From the NCBI RefSeq assembly GCF_009914755.1, contig NC_060930.1: a DNA stretch of 64,000 nt. The stretch is one strand, 5' to 3'. The translations under genes and the position numbers were made by a program. Below are positions 40,250-54,210 of the stretch, piece by piece. The notes beneath the pieces are model-generated. The model did not search any database, was not told the DNA's origin, and saw nothing but the letters and a program-made list of their open reading frames with translations. How positions within the stretch are numbered: position 1 is the stretch's first letter; every line of letters begins with the position of its first letter. Origin of the DNA: the human T2T-CHM13v2.0 reference genome, Homo sapiens.

Positions 40250-41690
40250 GGAAAATTTATTTGCTGCCCATTTGAATTTCATTTTCAGTGAATTGCTGTT
40301 CAAATGCTTTACTAATTTTTCAATTTTTTATGTATAGGAGTTTTTAATAAACTCTGAAAAAATAACTTATTGCATGTTAACATGTTTCAAACATCTTCTC
40401 TAGTCTATTGCTTGTTTCTTAGCCTTGTTTATAACTACTTTGTCATGTGGAATACGTTAATTTTGTAGTGTATTCTTTGTGATTTGAGTTTCCTACATTT
40501 TCTTTAAGAAATTTCTCCCTGTCTTAATATCATAAAAATATTACTCTATATTTTTGTCTGAGTTTTGAATTACTTGGCTTGTTTTATGTACTTGTTTATT
40601 TAATGCATTTAGGATAGTGTTTTATTTTATTTTTCCATCGGACTTAATTCATGACACTGCCTTGGTCATATATGGAGTTTTTATTTATGTGCAGGCCCAT
40701 TTTTGGTTCTTTGTTTCCATTGTTTCCAAAGTTGTCTCCGTTGATGTATTTGTTTCTCCCTGTGGAATAACAAAATGTTTTAGTTGCCATTATTATAAAA
40801 TAAGTCCTGCTTCTTTATTTAGTATTTTGTCATTTAATTTCTTGGTCCTTCTTATACATGTACAAAATTTTTCACACGCATTTTAGAATCAGCTTGTCAA
40901 TTTTCAGCAAAAATTTTATTGGTATGTTGATTTCGATTGCATTGAATTGTATATATAAACTTGGGGAGAAGTGAAATATATATAATATTAAATTCTTTCT
41001 TCTAGGACATTGGCATATCTTGCCATTTGTCCATTTACGTCTTTCAATGATATTTTCCAATTTTCTTCATATAGGTGTTATCCATCGTCTATTCGGTTAT
41101 TCCTAGCTTTTTTATCTATTTATTTATTTTGGGAACTAGATTTTTTCTTTTAAAAAATATTGTATTATTTACAGGAACATTGTTTTATCGTGTACGTTAT
41201 GCACACATCCAACTGCTTGCCAGACTTTAAAAAATTACAATATTTTACCTAAATAATCTATTTTTTTGTAAAAATGTAGTTTTTGTTAATAATTTATTTT
41301 CACTAAGTTATTTTATATACATATATAAACAGCTTAGTAAAGTGTCTGATACAATAAGGGCCTAATAAATGTTAAATTGTATTATAATTGTTTTCATTAC
41401 TATTATTTTCTTGGTATGCAAATGTGTCACTTGAAAATGACACATTTTTGTTTATTTAAATATTTACATCTCATTTCTTTTTCTTGATTTATTGTGTTAG
41501 TTTGGAATAGCATAAATGATAATAGGAATGCATTTATATTTCAACATGAGGTGCGATTTTTTGCTACTGTGGTTGATTAATTCTTTTATTGGGTTAAGGA
41601 AGTTAACTTCTATTTCTTTTTGGCTAAGAGCTTTTGAACAATCATGAATACAAGTTGGTTTTCACAGGATGATACTGTTTGCATTTATTA
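40250..41690 (-). mobile_element. Old L1M ORF2 relic
   Basis: T-rich antisense L1 text; ORF 40872-41060 resembles ORF2 (…FNAIEINIP..F…IDKLILK). Confidence 0.65.
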
Positions 41691-42789
41691 AAAGAAGGTT
41701 TATGCTCCTTTGGTAGTTACTGTGCAAATTCCATTTCCAGTCACTGAAATATAGGAAGGAAAGCCCAAGAGAGGGCTAGAATTGGTGTTGGGTGAGCCAG
41801 TGTATCATCTGTGCCCCACTACATCCTTTGGACTTTTCAACATTTCATCCCTCTCCATCTTCTGATATTTAAAGTTCCAAATAAACTCATCATAACTTCA
41901 AAGTGCTACTGCCTAACATAATGCATCTATTCCTTGTACAAATAAAAACAAACCATCTCTTTGAAAGTGATGACACAGTCTCATCAGTTCTTGCATTAAT
42001 TTCTGCTTTATGTTTATCCTCTTTTTAGTTTATAACTCAGCAGCATTTTGGTATCCTGTAATCTCTGCACTGAGATATTACCTACACATCCTGTATAAAA
42101 TCACAGGTAGAAGGGAGGGTGGAAAATAAAAGGAATTATATAAAAATGAGAACATAACAGAGCAATGAAAAAAATAGGGGTGCTCATGATAGTTCTCATT
42201 TTTACAGCTCTTCATGAGGTCATGTTTGATATACAATAATTTCTTTTGTAACTACTCATTTCATATTTCCTTTGCTTTCAGCCAACACCTTTATTTGAAA
42301 GTTTCCTGAGCTGACAGGTCACTTGAAATTTATTCCTGAGAAGTTTGCACTCTTGATCCTGCATTTATAAGATGCTGAATTGTTTCCTTCACTCCTTCAA
42401 CTGCATGTGGGCAGACTAGGAGGCAACTAGCAGGATTCCCTGAATAATAGACATACTCCTCCTTATCTCCAATCATACATTAACAATCCTACCTCTCTCC
42501 TTGATAGTAAGAATCATTTACCATAGATAACACAATAGATAAGGAATATGGTAATTGAAGTTCTTCCCACTTGAAGGTGTTTCCATTCCCATTGTCCTTT
42601 TGGACCACTCAAAATGGTAAAAGCAGAGGCCTAACGATCCAATTTTGTGTGGTGCCAGGATGCCATGAAGAACCATCTGTGAACCAGACTTGAGGGTTTT
42701 TTTTTTTTCTGAACTAGTCAGAGGGAATTCTGAATGATGCCCAGGTGTTTCCTAGGGGCTAACTACTAACATACAGCAGGAGTAGGCAT

Positions 42790-43164
42790 TGATATGGTTT
42801 GGCTGTGTCCCCACCCAAATCTCATCTTGAATTGTAGCTTCCATAATTCCCACATGTTGTGGGAGCGTCCCAGTGGGAGACAACTGAATCACAGGGGGAG
42901 GGAGGGCAATTACCGCCATACTGTTCTTGTCGTAGTGAATAAGTCTCATGAGATCTGATGGTTTTATAAGGGGAAACCCCTTTCGCTTGGTTCTCTCATT
43001 CTCTCGCTTGCCTGCTGCCATGTAAGACATGCCTTTCACCTTCCACCATGATTGTGATTCCTCCCCAGCCATTTGGAACTGTGAGTCTATTAAACCTCTT
43101 TTTCTTTACAAATCACTGAGTCTAGGGTATGTCTTTATCAGCAGCATGAAAACGGACTAAGACA
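42790..43164 (+). mobile_element. THE1 (B/C-like) solo LTR
   Basis: tgatatggtttggctgtgtcccc…ggactaagaca; TSD ggcat/gacat. Confidence 0.92.
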
Positions 43165-43409
43165 GACATCCTGGAAATGTGAAGATCCCACCCATGTTAC
43201 TGTGAACACATTCAGGAGCTGCCAAAGCCCGATAAAGTACATATCTTTCCTACTTGGAAACAGAGGCTTATTTAGTCCTGCCTGTCTTCAGTAAGTCTAT
43301 AGTATATCAGATGACACCCACTTGATGTCATGCTCAGGTCACTTGATCACTTGGTGTCTATATTCATGTGTTTAGTCTGTATCAGGATTTTAACAAGCCA
43401 GGAGCAGTT

Positions 43410-43499
43410 TCTCCCTTCCAAATACTAACCAGGCCCCACCCTGCTTAGCTTCCAAGATCACATGAGTTCAGGTGCGTTCAGGGTGCTATGGCAATAGAC
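43410..43499 (-). pseudogene. 5S rRNA pseudogene, 3'-truncated (~nt 1-90)
   Basis: Reverse complement gtctattgccatagcaccctgaacgcacctga…ggaagctaagcagggtggggcctggttagtatttggaagggaga aligns to 5S rRNA. Confidence 0.92.
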
Positions 43500-43542
43500 A
43501 GGAACCATTTCCCAAAAAGACAGCAGCTACTTGTTTAGGAGG

Positions 43543-43864
<322 letters not shown>

Positions 43865-43959
43865 TTAAGACCTACCATAGGGTTGTTACAGAAACCTGTT
43901 CAGCCACAGATAATTTGAGTGCTTTGGATCCATTGACTATCATAGATTAACGATGGCTG

Positions 43960-44406
43960 CATTTTCATTACAACACTCACTGAAAAGTTTTCTAATCACT
44001 CTCTGCTTGAATCTGGTCTAGCTTATTAACTTGCTTAACCAATAAAGTATGGCAGAAGTGATGCATAGCCAATTCTGAGGATAGCCTCTTAAAGGACCGG
44101 CAGATTCTACTTTTCCCACTTAGAGCCCTGAGCATCCATAAGGGAAATTCAAATATCCTAAAGGTGTCATGCTGTAGGGAAATTCAAGCAACATGGAAAG
44201 ATCATAGGTAGAGACCACATGGAATGATTCCAGTCCCCAGCCATTTGCATTAGCTCAACTGAGGCCCAGACATTGTAGAAGAGGGATGAGTCTTCTCCAT
44301 AGAGCCCTGCCAAAATTTCAGATTTGTGAGTTAAAGACATGATTGTCGTGGTTTTAAATAATTATGATTTGGGGTTATTTGTTATGGCATAATAGATTAC
44401 TGGACA
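43960..44406 (+). mobile_element. MLT1 (old MaLR) LTR
   Basis: atggcagaagtgatg…ttgttatggcataatagattactggaca. Confidence 0.7.
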
Positions 44407-45406
44407 GTAGTTCATAGAGACTAGTTAACATGGCTTCTTACATTGGGACCTGACCCAGCTGAATGCAGTTTTACTGTCTTTACTTGTACAGATTCCACTC
44501 AAAACTGTCAGCCTCATGGGCTACTTGGTAAATAGAGCAGAATATCCTAATGCAGTATGTAATGCCTCCAAAGTTCAAAGAGGCAACCGAGTGTTGTGAC
44601 ATTCTCTTAGCGATGGAATGTACAAAATAAAGCAACATGCATTTCATTGTGGACCTGAAAGGAACAGTTCAAACATTAGATACCTAAAATTTTGTTGTGG
44701 TTACAGCTCCCTGAATTTCCTGGTAGTTTATCATCTGCACTCTGGAATACACATTTCTTAACAAGGTATTGAGGATACACACATGCTACTTCCTGCTCAC
44801 TAGGTCCCATTAGTGAGATGTCATAAATATGGTGAGCCATTGTGATTTTCATAGACACCATGCTGTTGTTCAGTGTTTATTCAACCTTCAACAAAGACAG
44901 AAGTGTAAGACAATTCCCTTTTCTGACCTAGATCCAGGAGGAAGACAATATTTATTTTGGTTTTGGATGGTCATTAGGCATTTGTTTTGTGTTCCCTGGG
45001 CTATTCTTTTGGGTTTTGAGATCACTGATTTTGCTAGAAAATAAGAGTAATAAAGTTTTTTGTTGAACGTCGCCACTTTATTTTAACCATGCACTGAAGA
45101 ATTAATAGCATTGTTTATGCTCATTTGAGAAGCAAGAGTCTGGAAAACGTTATTGTTAGACATCGGATGAAGACTTGAGAAAGGTGGAGCAGTGATTAAG
45201 TAGTCATCATAGGTGAAAACTGGCCGCAAAGACAAATGTGAGATATCTCTTTTGAGTACCAGCAAGACTGTAGATTCCTAATGTGAAAAAAAATGGTCTT
45301 TGCATTTTTAATTTATATATTAAAAGGGAAGTTCTTCTCTCCTGAAAGCTGGAGAAGATGGATTTAAATAAATCCTTGAATATTAGGTCTAGGGATATTT
45401 ATATGA

Positions 45407-45761
45407 CAATAAGGTTTGGGTCTGTTCTCACCCAAATCTCACCTTGAATTGTAATAATCCTCAGATGTCAAGGTTGGGGCCAGGTGGAGATACTTGAATC
45501 ATGGGGGAAGTTTCCCCCATACTGTTCTTGTGGTAGCGAATAAGTCTCACAAGATCTGATGGTTTTATAAGTGGGAGTTCCCCGGCACACGCTCTCTTGC
45601 CTGGCGCCATGTAAGACGTCCTTTTGCTCTTCCTTCACCTTCCTCCATGATTGTGAGGCCTCCCCAGCCATGTGGAACTGTGAGTCTATTAAACCTCTTT
45701 CCTTTATAATTGCCCAATCTCAGGTATGTCTTTATTTGCAGCATGAGAGCAGACTAATACA
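45407..45761 (+). mobile_element. THE1 (C/D-like) solo LTR
   Basis: cccaaatctcaccttgaattgta…agactaataca; TSD tatga. Confidence 0.9.
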
Positions 45762-48000
45762 TATGAAATATAAAATTACAAAACTAAGTGTGGTATAGTA
45801 AAAGATATACCATAGCATGCTCATTATTATACATGTTATAACTAAAACAACTGAAAATACATTCCTGTTTGAGATATCTGTGCCAATTTATCAAGAGAAG
45901 CTGGAAGTATTTGTGTATGATTGATGTTTAGTAGCACCATTATTTTCATTTGCTTAATTTACGGCAAATGAGAACTCCAGGTGATGTACTATGACTGATC
46001 AAAATATCCAAGCATTTCTTTTGGTAAAGATATATAGCAGAGAACTAATTCCTTATCTCACTCTCAGATATGCTTTTGAATAGAGACAGATAGGGAGAGA
46101 GAGAGAACTCATATATTCCTTAGGATTTCTCAGGTAATTAGCTAACAGCAGAACCCCTTTGATCACTTAAATGACTTCTTTACAATTCAGGCAGAGTAAA
46201 TTAGTGAAAAGCTCTTGCCTGAGAGTCTCCTGACTTTGCTCCTTAGGGCTTGTCCTGGAGTTTGCAATCATGTCTGAAAGAAAAACGAAGATGGAGCTTC
46301 CTCAGTGGCACATCCTTTTTTAAGCATTAGGGTGAATTGGGTGTTACAGTTCTCTCGGGCAAGCTGAAGTGCACCTGGTCAGTACTTCGCTCACTATGAC
46401 CTTACAGAAACCTTGGGATGTTGCTGCAATATAGTATTATGTTTCCTTATCCCACTTTGTAAGTTAAGTCCCTTAGAATCAGACACGATTTAGCAATTTC
46501 CTCTAGGAGCAAAGGCAAACATTCTAAGTATATACATATAATTGTTGTTAAGATGACACATCCTAGCCAAGTGGTCAAGATGTATTTTACCCTCATTAGT
46601 AGATGTAAGACTAGTTCAGACAAGTGTAAAACACTTGCCAGCTTTTTATTTTTAGGCCAGATATTTCTATTTTCTGTCTTCTTGGTGAATATTCAGTCCA
46701 TTAGTACACGGTATTACTTAAAGAATTGTTGGTGAAGGGCATTCATTAGGGGCTTCTGGACCATAAGTATTTTCAACCTACCAATAATTGTTTATGTTTT
46801 AAAGTAGGATGATAGTAAGTAAAAGCCACACTCCCCTTTTTAAAGTTAGGGCTGATAAAGGATCCTCCCCTGCTCACTACTACAATGATTTGTGTGTGAG
46901 CATATGTTTTGGGAAAGAAGCTTTTCTCTGTGTATTTTTCAGGATTAGTATCTGTTTAATCCTCCAGAAGGAGCTGGAAGTGAAGCAACCCACTCCTGTG
47001 TTCACATCACAGACATACATCCTTCGCATTTGCAGCATGTCTATTTCAATGCTTTCGAGTGGGAGAGGTTTGTTGGTGAGTGTGGCTGTTGGAAACAGAT
47101 AAAGAGGAAAAACTTAAAGATAAATTGGCAATCCTTTTCCTAAGTGACTTTCATTTTTAAAAAGAGAAAACAGAAAAGCTTCTATTACTCCTTGCTTTAG
47201 AACTTTTAATGGAATGCCATTAAGAAATGAGATGTGTGTATTTCATAGTTACTGGACTACTCAATATAATTTAATCATAGTATGTTCAACCATTACTCAT
47301 TTCTTTCTCCATACTAGTACAAATTAGGAAATTAGGAACTATTAAATTAATATATACTTTAATGGAGAATAAATTATGAAAACAAAAAGTTCTTTGGAGG
47401 GAGCTATATGTTAATATCAGGAACAGGTAATCTGCATGTCTCTACACAGAGTACATAGCTTAATGCATTTAAATTACTGGATGTCTAAATTATAGGTTAA
47501 TTATGAAGTTATCTACATATCATACATACTTGTAGAATCACTTTGCTTATGTTTAAAGTATGATAATTAGTTCTGGGTTGTCATGTACAAAGGTGCCTAA
47601 AAAATAAATTCCAAGTTTTACACTTTGAGAAAAATAAAATAAGAATATGAACACAGGCGTCAATTGGAAAGGGGATTAAGCTTAAAGACAGGCAATTTTT
47701 TTGTGTGTGTCTTACAACGTTTTATGGACTAGATGACATTCTTAAGGTATTTTAAAATAAAGTTACATTTTTTAATAATCAGGCATGTACTTTTAGTCAA
47801 GGAAGGAACAATAGAAGGAAAAAGTCCTTTATATAACCTTTGAAAGAGTCTCTCATAAAACTGTAACAGTGTTATATACTATTTAAATCAGGTGGATGAG
47901 AAGTTGTTATTAAAGAGCGTGACAGTATCTGGATTTGAAGGTGTTCTCTGCTGCTGTGAGTTTTGTTTGAAATGCTTCATTCATATTTGTACTTTAAAAA

Positions 48001-48024
48001 AATTACTTTTGCACCAGCCTAATA
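48001..48024 (+). mobile_element. MADE1/Hsmar1 TIR fragment
   Basis: aattacttttgcaccagcctaata matches the mariner terminal inverted repeat. Confidence 0.65.
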
Positions 48025-48244
48025 AAACTATATTTTCATCATGATATTGCTGAATTTTGGCTCTAGAATATATTGCAAATTTAAAATGCCAGTGAGTTTA
48101 TTCCCTCTTATAAAATACATTTTAAAATATTGAACTAAGAATATAAAGTTTTAAAGGCAACTTAAGAAAATAAAATATTGGAAATAAACATTTAGAACCA
48201 TATAATATTAATTATTGTATTAAAGGTGGTTTTTACAAATAAAT

Positions 48245-48570
48245 TGGCATTAGTAATTAGGGAAATGCAAATCAAAATCACAATGAGCTATCACTTCACA
48301 GCTACTAGGATGGGTATAATTTAGAAAAAGCAAAATAACAAGTGTTGTTAAGGATGTAGAGAGACTGAAACCTCCTTTACATTGTGAATAGGAATATAAA
48401 ATGGTGCAGCCATTGCGAAAATGTTTGGTAGTTTCTGAAAAAGTTAAACACTGAATAGAATACGATTCAGCAACTCCCATCATAGGCATACACTCAAAAT
48501 AATTGAAAAAAAGACTCAAAGAGATAGTTATATGACAATGTTCACTTGTTCACTGCATCATTTTTCACAA
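48245..48570 (+). mobile_element. L1M ORF2 3' fragment
   Basis: gggaaatgcaaatcaaaatcacaatgag…. Confidence 0.75.
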
Positions 48571-49181
48571 TAAACATAAAACATGAAACATAAAAAACCA
48601 ATCATAGTGAGAACTTGTATCAACTAAGTCTAGTTTTAGTAACTTTAAAAATAAACATTATAACATTTATTTGCTAATGAAATCCTAAATATTTGATACA
48701 TTGTGAGTACATGAAAATTAATAAAATATGAAAATAGGAAAGAGTTGAGAGAAAGGTTAGTCTATTCCAAATTATCTGCACAATTGGAGTAGGTGATGAA
48801 ACAATCCTAACTAGACAATAATACAGAAACCGATTATTTTGATATTCGTTAAATTTTTAAACTTTCTTGTGATTATGGTCTGGTGGTCTGGGATCATTCA
48901 ACCTTTGGAACCAAAGAGAAGCATGGGAAAGGTGTCCAGCTTCCCCCGTTCCACACCTGCATGCAGAATCATTGTGGCACTGTGCTTTGTTCTCCAATTC
49001 ATCAAGTACTCACATTTGTGGTTGCTTCCCCACCACATTTGCAATGGGTCTTTCAGCCCACACCAGTGCTTACCTGTACTATTGCTTTTCAAGTTGGCCT
49101 CATCTCTCACTGAGAGCTTCTTTTCTACCAGCAGCTGAAGGCAGGATCTCCCTACTGCCTCCATTAAAAAGTGCTCATTGC

Positions 49182-49410
49182 AAGAACACATGGACATAGG
49201 GAGGGGAACATCACACACCGGGGCCCGTTGGGGAGTAGAAGGGCAAGGGGAGAGATAGCATTAGGACAAATACCTAATGCATGTGGGGCTTAAAACCTAG
49301 ATGACGGGTTGATGGGTGCAGCAAACCACCATGGCACATGTATACCTATGTAACAAACCTGCACGTTCTGCACATGTATCCCAGAACTTAAAGTATAAAC
49401 ACATAAAAAT
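49182..49410 (+). mobile_element. Short 5'-truncated L1PA (3'UTR only)
   Basis: L1PA 3'UTR flanked by TSD aagtgctcattgc. Confidence 0.93.
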
Positions 49411-49555
49411 AAGTGCTCATTGCTAAGTTCTGGCACCTCAGTCCTCTAACTCCTGCCTTGCTTTCCAAAATGTGGTTTGGGGCTGGTCTTTTCTCTGCCC
49501 ATCACCTTCCCTTGTTCATGAGTCTTGACTCTAATTAGACACTTTGGATGACTAC

Positions 49556-49919
49556 TGTATTAGTCTGTTCTCATGATGCTAATAAAGACATACCCAAGTC
49601 TGGGTACTTTATAAAGGAAAGAAGTTTAATTGATTCACAGTTCTACATAGCTGGGGAGGCCTCACAATCATGGTTGAAGATGAATGAGCAGCAAAGTTAC
49701 ATCTTACATGGCAGCAGGCAAGAGAGCGTGTGCAGAGGAACTCCCCTTTATAAAACCATCAGATCTCATGAGACTTATTCATTATCATGAGAACAGCACG
49801 GGAAAGACCCACCCTTATGATTCAATTACCTCCCGCTAGGTCCCTCTCATGACATGTGGGAATTATGGGAGCTACAATTCAAGATGAGATTTGGGTGGGG
49901 ACACAGCCAAAACATATCA
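49556..49919 (-). mobile_element. THE1C-like solo LTR
   Basis: tgtattagtctgttctcatg…ggggacacagccaaaacatatca. Confidence 0.9.
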
Positions 49920-52900
49920 GATACCTTAGCTGCAATGATTATTTACTTGGCTTTGACTTCAATTTTTACCAACAGTGGTGGAAGAATAAGGGGTGGTGGT
50001 GGACTGAGGCACAGATCAAACAGATAAGATGTCCAGTCTTAGGCTGTTCCTTTCCCGAGTCCATTGAAATAGACTTTTAATTGGTTTTATGCTCTTCAAA
50101 CTCTCTGTATTGTCTTTCAAAAATATTTTTCCAAATGCAGATGTGAAAATGTCCTCTGCTTAAAAATATTGTATGAATTCCTGTAACGACATATTTTCTT
50201 TACAATTCTATTTCATAAAATAATGGCAGGATAGGAATTACCTATCTATGACGTGTCTACCATTCTAAATAAAGTCACTTTTCAAGTTAAGCTTCCTGGT
50301 TCTAAGTATTTATATGGAATAATCAAATAGATATACAGATTATTATAAACCCACTTCTGGTATTAACTATGCAGAACATCTCATGATTTCTATCTTGTAC
50401 AACCTCTATTTATTGGACAATCAATGTAAATAGAGCAGGACAAGAAAGAGGAAGGTCCTACAGTTTAGGAGGACTCCCTATTTTAACTCACCAAGACTTG
50501 GTTTTAACAAAAATCAAGTAAATTTGCACATTCTATCATGTCTTCTCTTGAAGAGGGTTTTTAATAGGGCCACTAAAATTCATAGTAGTACTTCTGCAAC
50601 ATAGTACTTTCTGAAATATTCCAATTGTTTTTCTATGTCTATTGTTAATTTTCTCCTTTCAGAGTTTCAGCAGTTCTTGTCACTAAGTGTGAGATCTGTA
50701 GAGTGATTGACTGGGTCTAGCACTTCCCCAGTGTGACTTTTCAGAAAAGTGGCAGCCATTTTTGGTTGTGACAGTCCTTCAACGATTATGTGACATGGCC
50801 TTGCCTAATATTTCAGATTCTCATAAACAGACTGCACTGGCTATATTCTGTAATCTTAAGCATCAGTCCCAAAAAAGGACTCTGTTGCCTCAGTTTATAT
50901 TCCTTTGCACACCACCCTAATAAAGCGAGGTTGGTTTTTGTTCTCAAGCAGTGTTTTAATTATATAGTTTGCATTTATAAGAGTAATTGTGACTTAAGTA
51001 GATATGAATGATAATCGTTGGTTTCTTTTCCACATTAATCTATCATCTCTCAACTTCATTGATTGGAACATACTAACTTATGAAAAACTCCTCATGATCA
51101 TGACTTGATCCTCAAACAAACTGCCTTGAAAAGATGACCATGCAGCCTAATGTGAATAGAATGATTTATCAGAACAGTCTATAATCTTGCTAAGCAAGCA
51201 GCCAAGTTGGAAAATCTTTTCTGCTTCCTATCTTGTGAAACGAAGGGCCGAAAATCTGTGTGGCCCTGAATGATTTGGGAATCGCAGTAAAATGACCCCA
51301 GTGGATGAATGGGGTCATTTTACTGAATGAATAAAATGATGAGTAATACAAAATTGTCCTGTTAAGCTGCTCGTTACCTAGATTCCCTGCTAAGCTGCAG
51401 GAAGTCAGCAAGAGTCCTCAGCCACCAGTGCTGAAAAATATTGATGGCCTAAATCATTTTGTGGAGTAAATCTATACATAATTATAGGAGATTGTTTAGA
51501 AATTATAGTAATTTGATATTATGTTGATTTTCATGAACATTTAAAAATTAATATAAATATCTTGTGCTGTATGTTTGTTTTCCCGGAATGTACTTGTTAA
51601 AAATTAAGCGCTGACTCACAGAAACATCTGGGCAAGAGTGTGGATGACTCAGGACAAACTCATCACTGTTATTGAAACACAGAGAGTATGGCTTCCTGAA
51701 AATGAGTTGTGAACATTATATTCTCATAAAATGGGCAGTGGTCTCAACTATTTCTCCACCCTACTCATGCATCTCAGTCCTCCCCACATGATTTGGATAG
51801 ATGTGCAGCCTTCACCGGTGGAATATTGGCAATAGAATGAAAGCATGCTGCTTTTATCTTAAGCTTTTTGCTTGCATTGTTTAATGACTTTTCACAGTAG
51901 TAACCACAGAAACATAATTTCTTTTTACAAATGATACTGATAAAGTCATGAAATAGGAGAATCGTGAATAACATGGAAGGAATACTAATTTTTTTGGTTA
52001 TTGCTCACCATGGAAATTCAAGAAAAAACAGAGAGGCAGTTCGCCATTTTCATGTAAACTAATCCTAATGATTAACCTTGCTAGTCTCAAGAAAAATTAC
52101 TGAAAAACTTTATCACTGCTATATCTAAGCCATAGTTTTCATGATAGTGGTTAATGTATAAATAAGATTGCACACACTCTTTTTAGATTGAGTAAAGTAC
52201 AGAATTGCATAAACATGTCTTTTAAAAATTCTTGTCTTAAATATGTTTCTAATTGTGCGATACTCCTGTGCTTACAGTATTTAGACCACATGTTTAAATC
52301 AGAGTTTTTAGTAAGGGATTACAGCACTTCTATTCCAAAGAGTGCTGGCTTTCTTCTTTCCTTTCTTTATAAAGCTTGCCACTGTTTGACACAGGCTGAA
52401 TCTTTGATGTACATATAAGGTTTGATTTTTACTTTAATGTTTTAGTTTATGATCTATTTTGTACATTGAGGATGACATTCTGGGGTTGAAAAAATGGTGA
52501 AGTTATTTCTAGAAAGAAAAAAAGATCCTTCACCCTGGAGCAGCCATTTGGAAATTATTTAATCACACTAAGAGTAACCTTAAAAACATTAGGTTATTTT
52601 CAAATGATATTCCCAGAGGTGAGCAGCCAAATTCTCACTAAGAATAAGTTCATCTAGCATTGACGTTGCTTCAGTATCAAAAGCACAAAGTACTACTGAG
52701 CCATGACAGTTTCGTTTAACCAATGATTTTAGAGAAATCTGGGTGGTTTTCCATGTGTTGCCTGGTGCTGGGCAGGTTGGCTGTTGCATGTTTGTAAGGT
52801 TCAGCTGTGTCCAGAGAGAAATATAAAATAAATTAATTTAATTTAATACTGTCTCTGAATTCTAATAACATAGTGTACTATTTGTTCCTTAAAAATGTGA

Positions 52901-53519
52901 AAAAAAGTTCCATAAAGTTAGATCCTTAGACAAGTTTGCTATAAAGAGTATAAAAAAACAAATTAACTTGGTCAGAATTTTATAAACAGTGATTTATTTA
53001 AAAATTAAACACAAAGAAAATTGCAGCTGAATTTTGCACATGGTCAGGATTTATTAGCAAATAAAACATTATGCCTATATAATAATTGTGAGAATCCTCC
53101 TGCATTTGCTGAGGACTTACTATGTACCCACTGTCGCAGTACTTTTGCTGGTATACTTTCCCTTCCATTTTGTATTGGGAGCTTGGTCTTGTTAGTGGGT
53201 CTGTATTCTTCTACTCTTTACTTTTTTTTCCCCTAGTTGGTTTACCTAAATGCTTTCTAGGACCTAAGGATGTTGAGGGAGCAGCATCTCTGTGGCCCGG
53301 GGCACACAGATTACAGGGTTAACACTTGGTATCTAGTTTATGTCTTGGATTTCAGAGTGAACTTTTCAAGTTTTTATGGACTGTGACCAGCGAAACCGAA
53401 ATACTAAGATCATTGGCATATTTAATAACAATAATTTTAAGAGAAAAGCTATGGATGGATTCTAGGGTCATAAATTTAGTAGCAATTATTTTTATTTATC
53501 CTAATATATAAAGTTTGTG

Positions 53520-54210
53520 GTTCACTTATTCATTAAACATTGACTTATTATATCTATGTGCCAGATACTGTGTTGGAACCTGCGGACACAAAAATGAGTC
53601 CTAATAGACGTCATTTCTGTCATCACAGAGCTCAATGTTGGGGGTCGGGAGAAGACAAGAAACACAGAGAGAAAGACATAACCAAATAACGACACACACA
53701 CTAATACAAAATTGCATCTCTGATAAATACGTGAAGGAGTGATTCACATGCTTTCAGAGTTCTAATTGTAGGATGTAGCAGACAGAGGAAAGGATGCTCT
53801 TAGGAAATGATTTCTGAGCTAAGATCCAAGGAATTATTCAGAGTTAAGTGTGAAAAACGTGGGATGAATCCAGGGAGAAGAACATGTGCAAAGGTCCTGT
53901 GGCATGAGAGACAGTGGCAAGAAGAAGGATTGAAAGAAGGCTGGAGTAAATAGCAAAGGAAGAGAGGTTGGAAAAACATGATGCTGGGTTGTTAGGTGGA
54001 ATCCAAATTGAGATCTTCATAGTTTACATAAAAACATTTCGTTTTGTCTTAAAAATAATAGGTCTTAAAATGGGAGGGTTTTAATTAGAGGTGGGAGGGT
54101 GACACAATTAGGTGTAATTTTTTCATAATCACGTTTGAGAGAGACCAGAGTGGATGCTGGTAGACCTGGAGCAATTTAACATAGTTGTCTAGTTGAAAGA
54201 TGATAGTAGG
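53520..54210 (-). mobile_element. L2 fragment
   Basis: ttattcattaaacatt…ctatgtgccagatactgtg followed by purine-rich L2 body. Confidence 0.7.
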
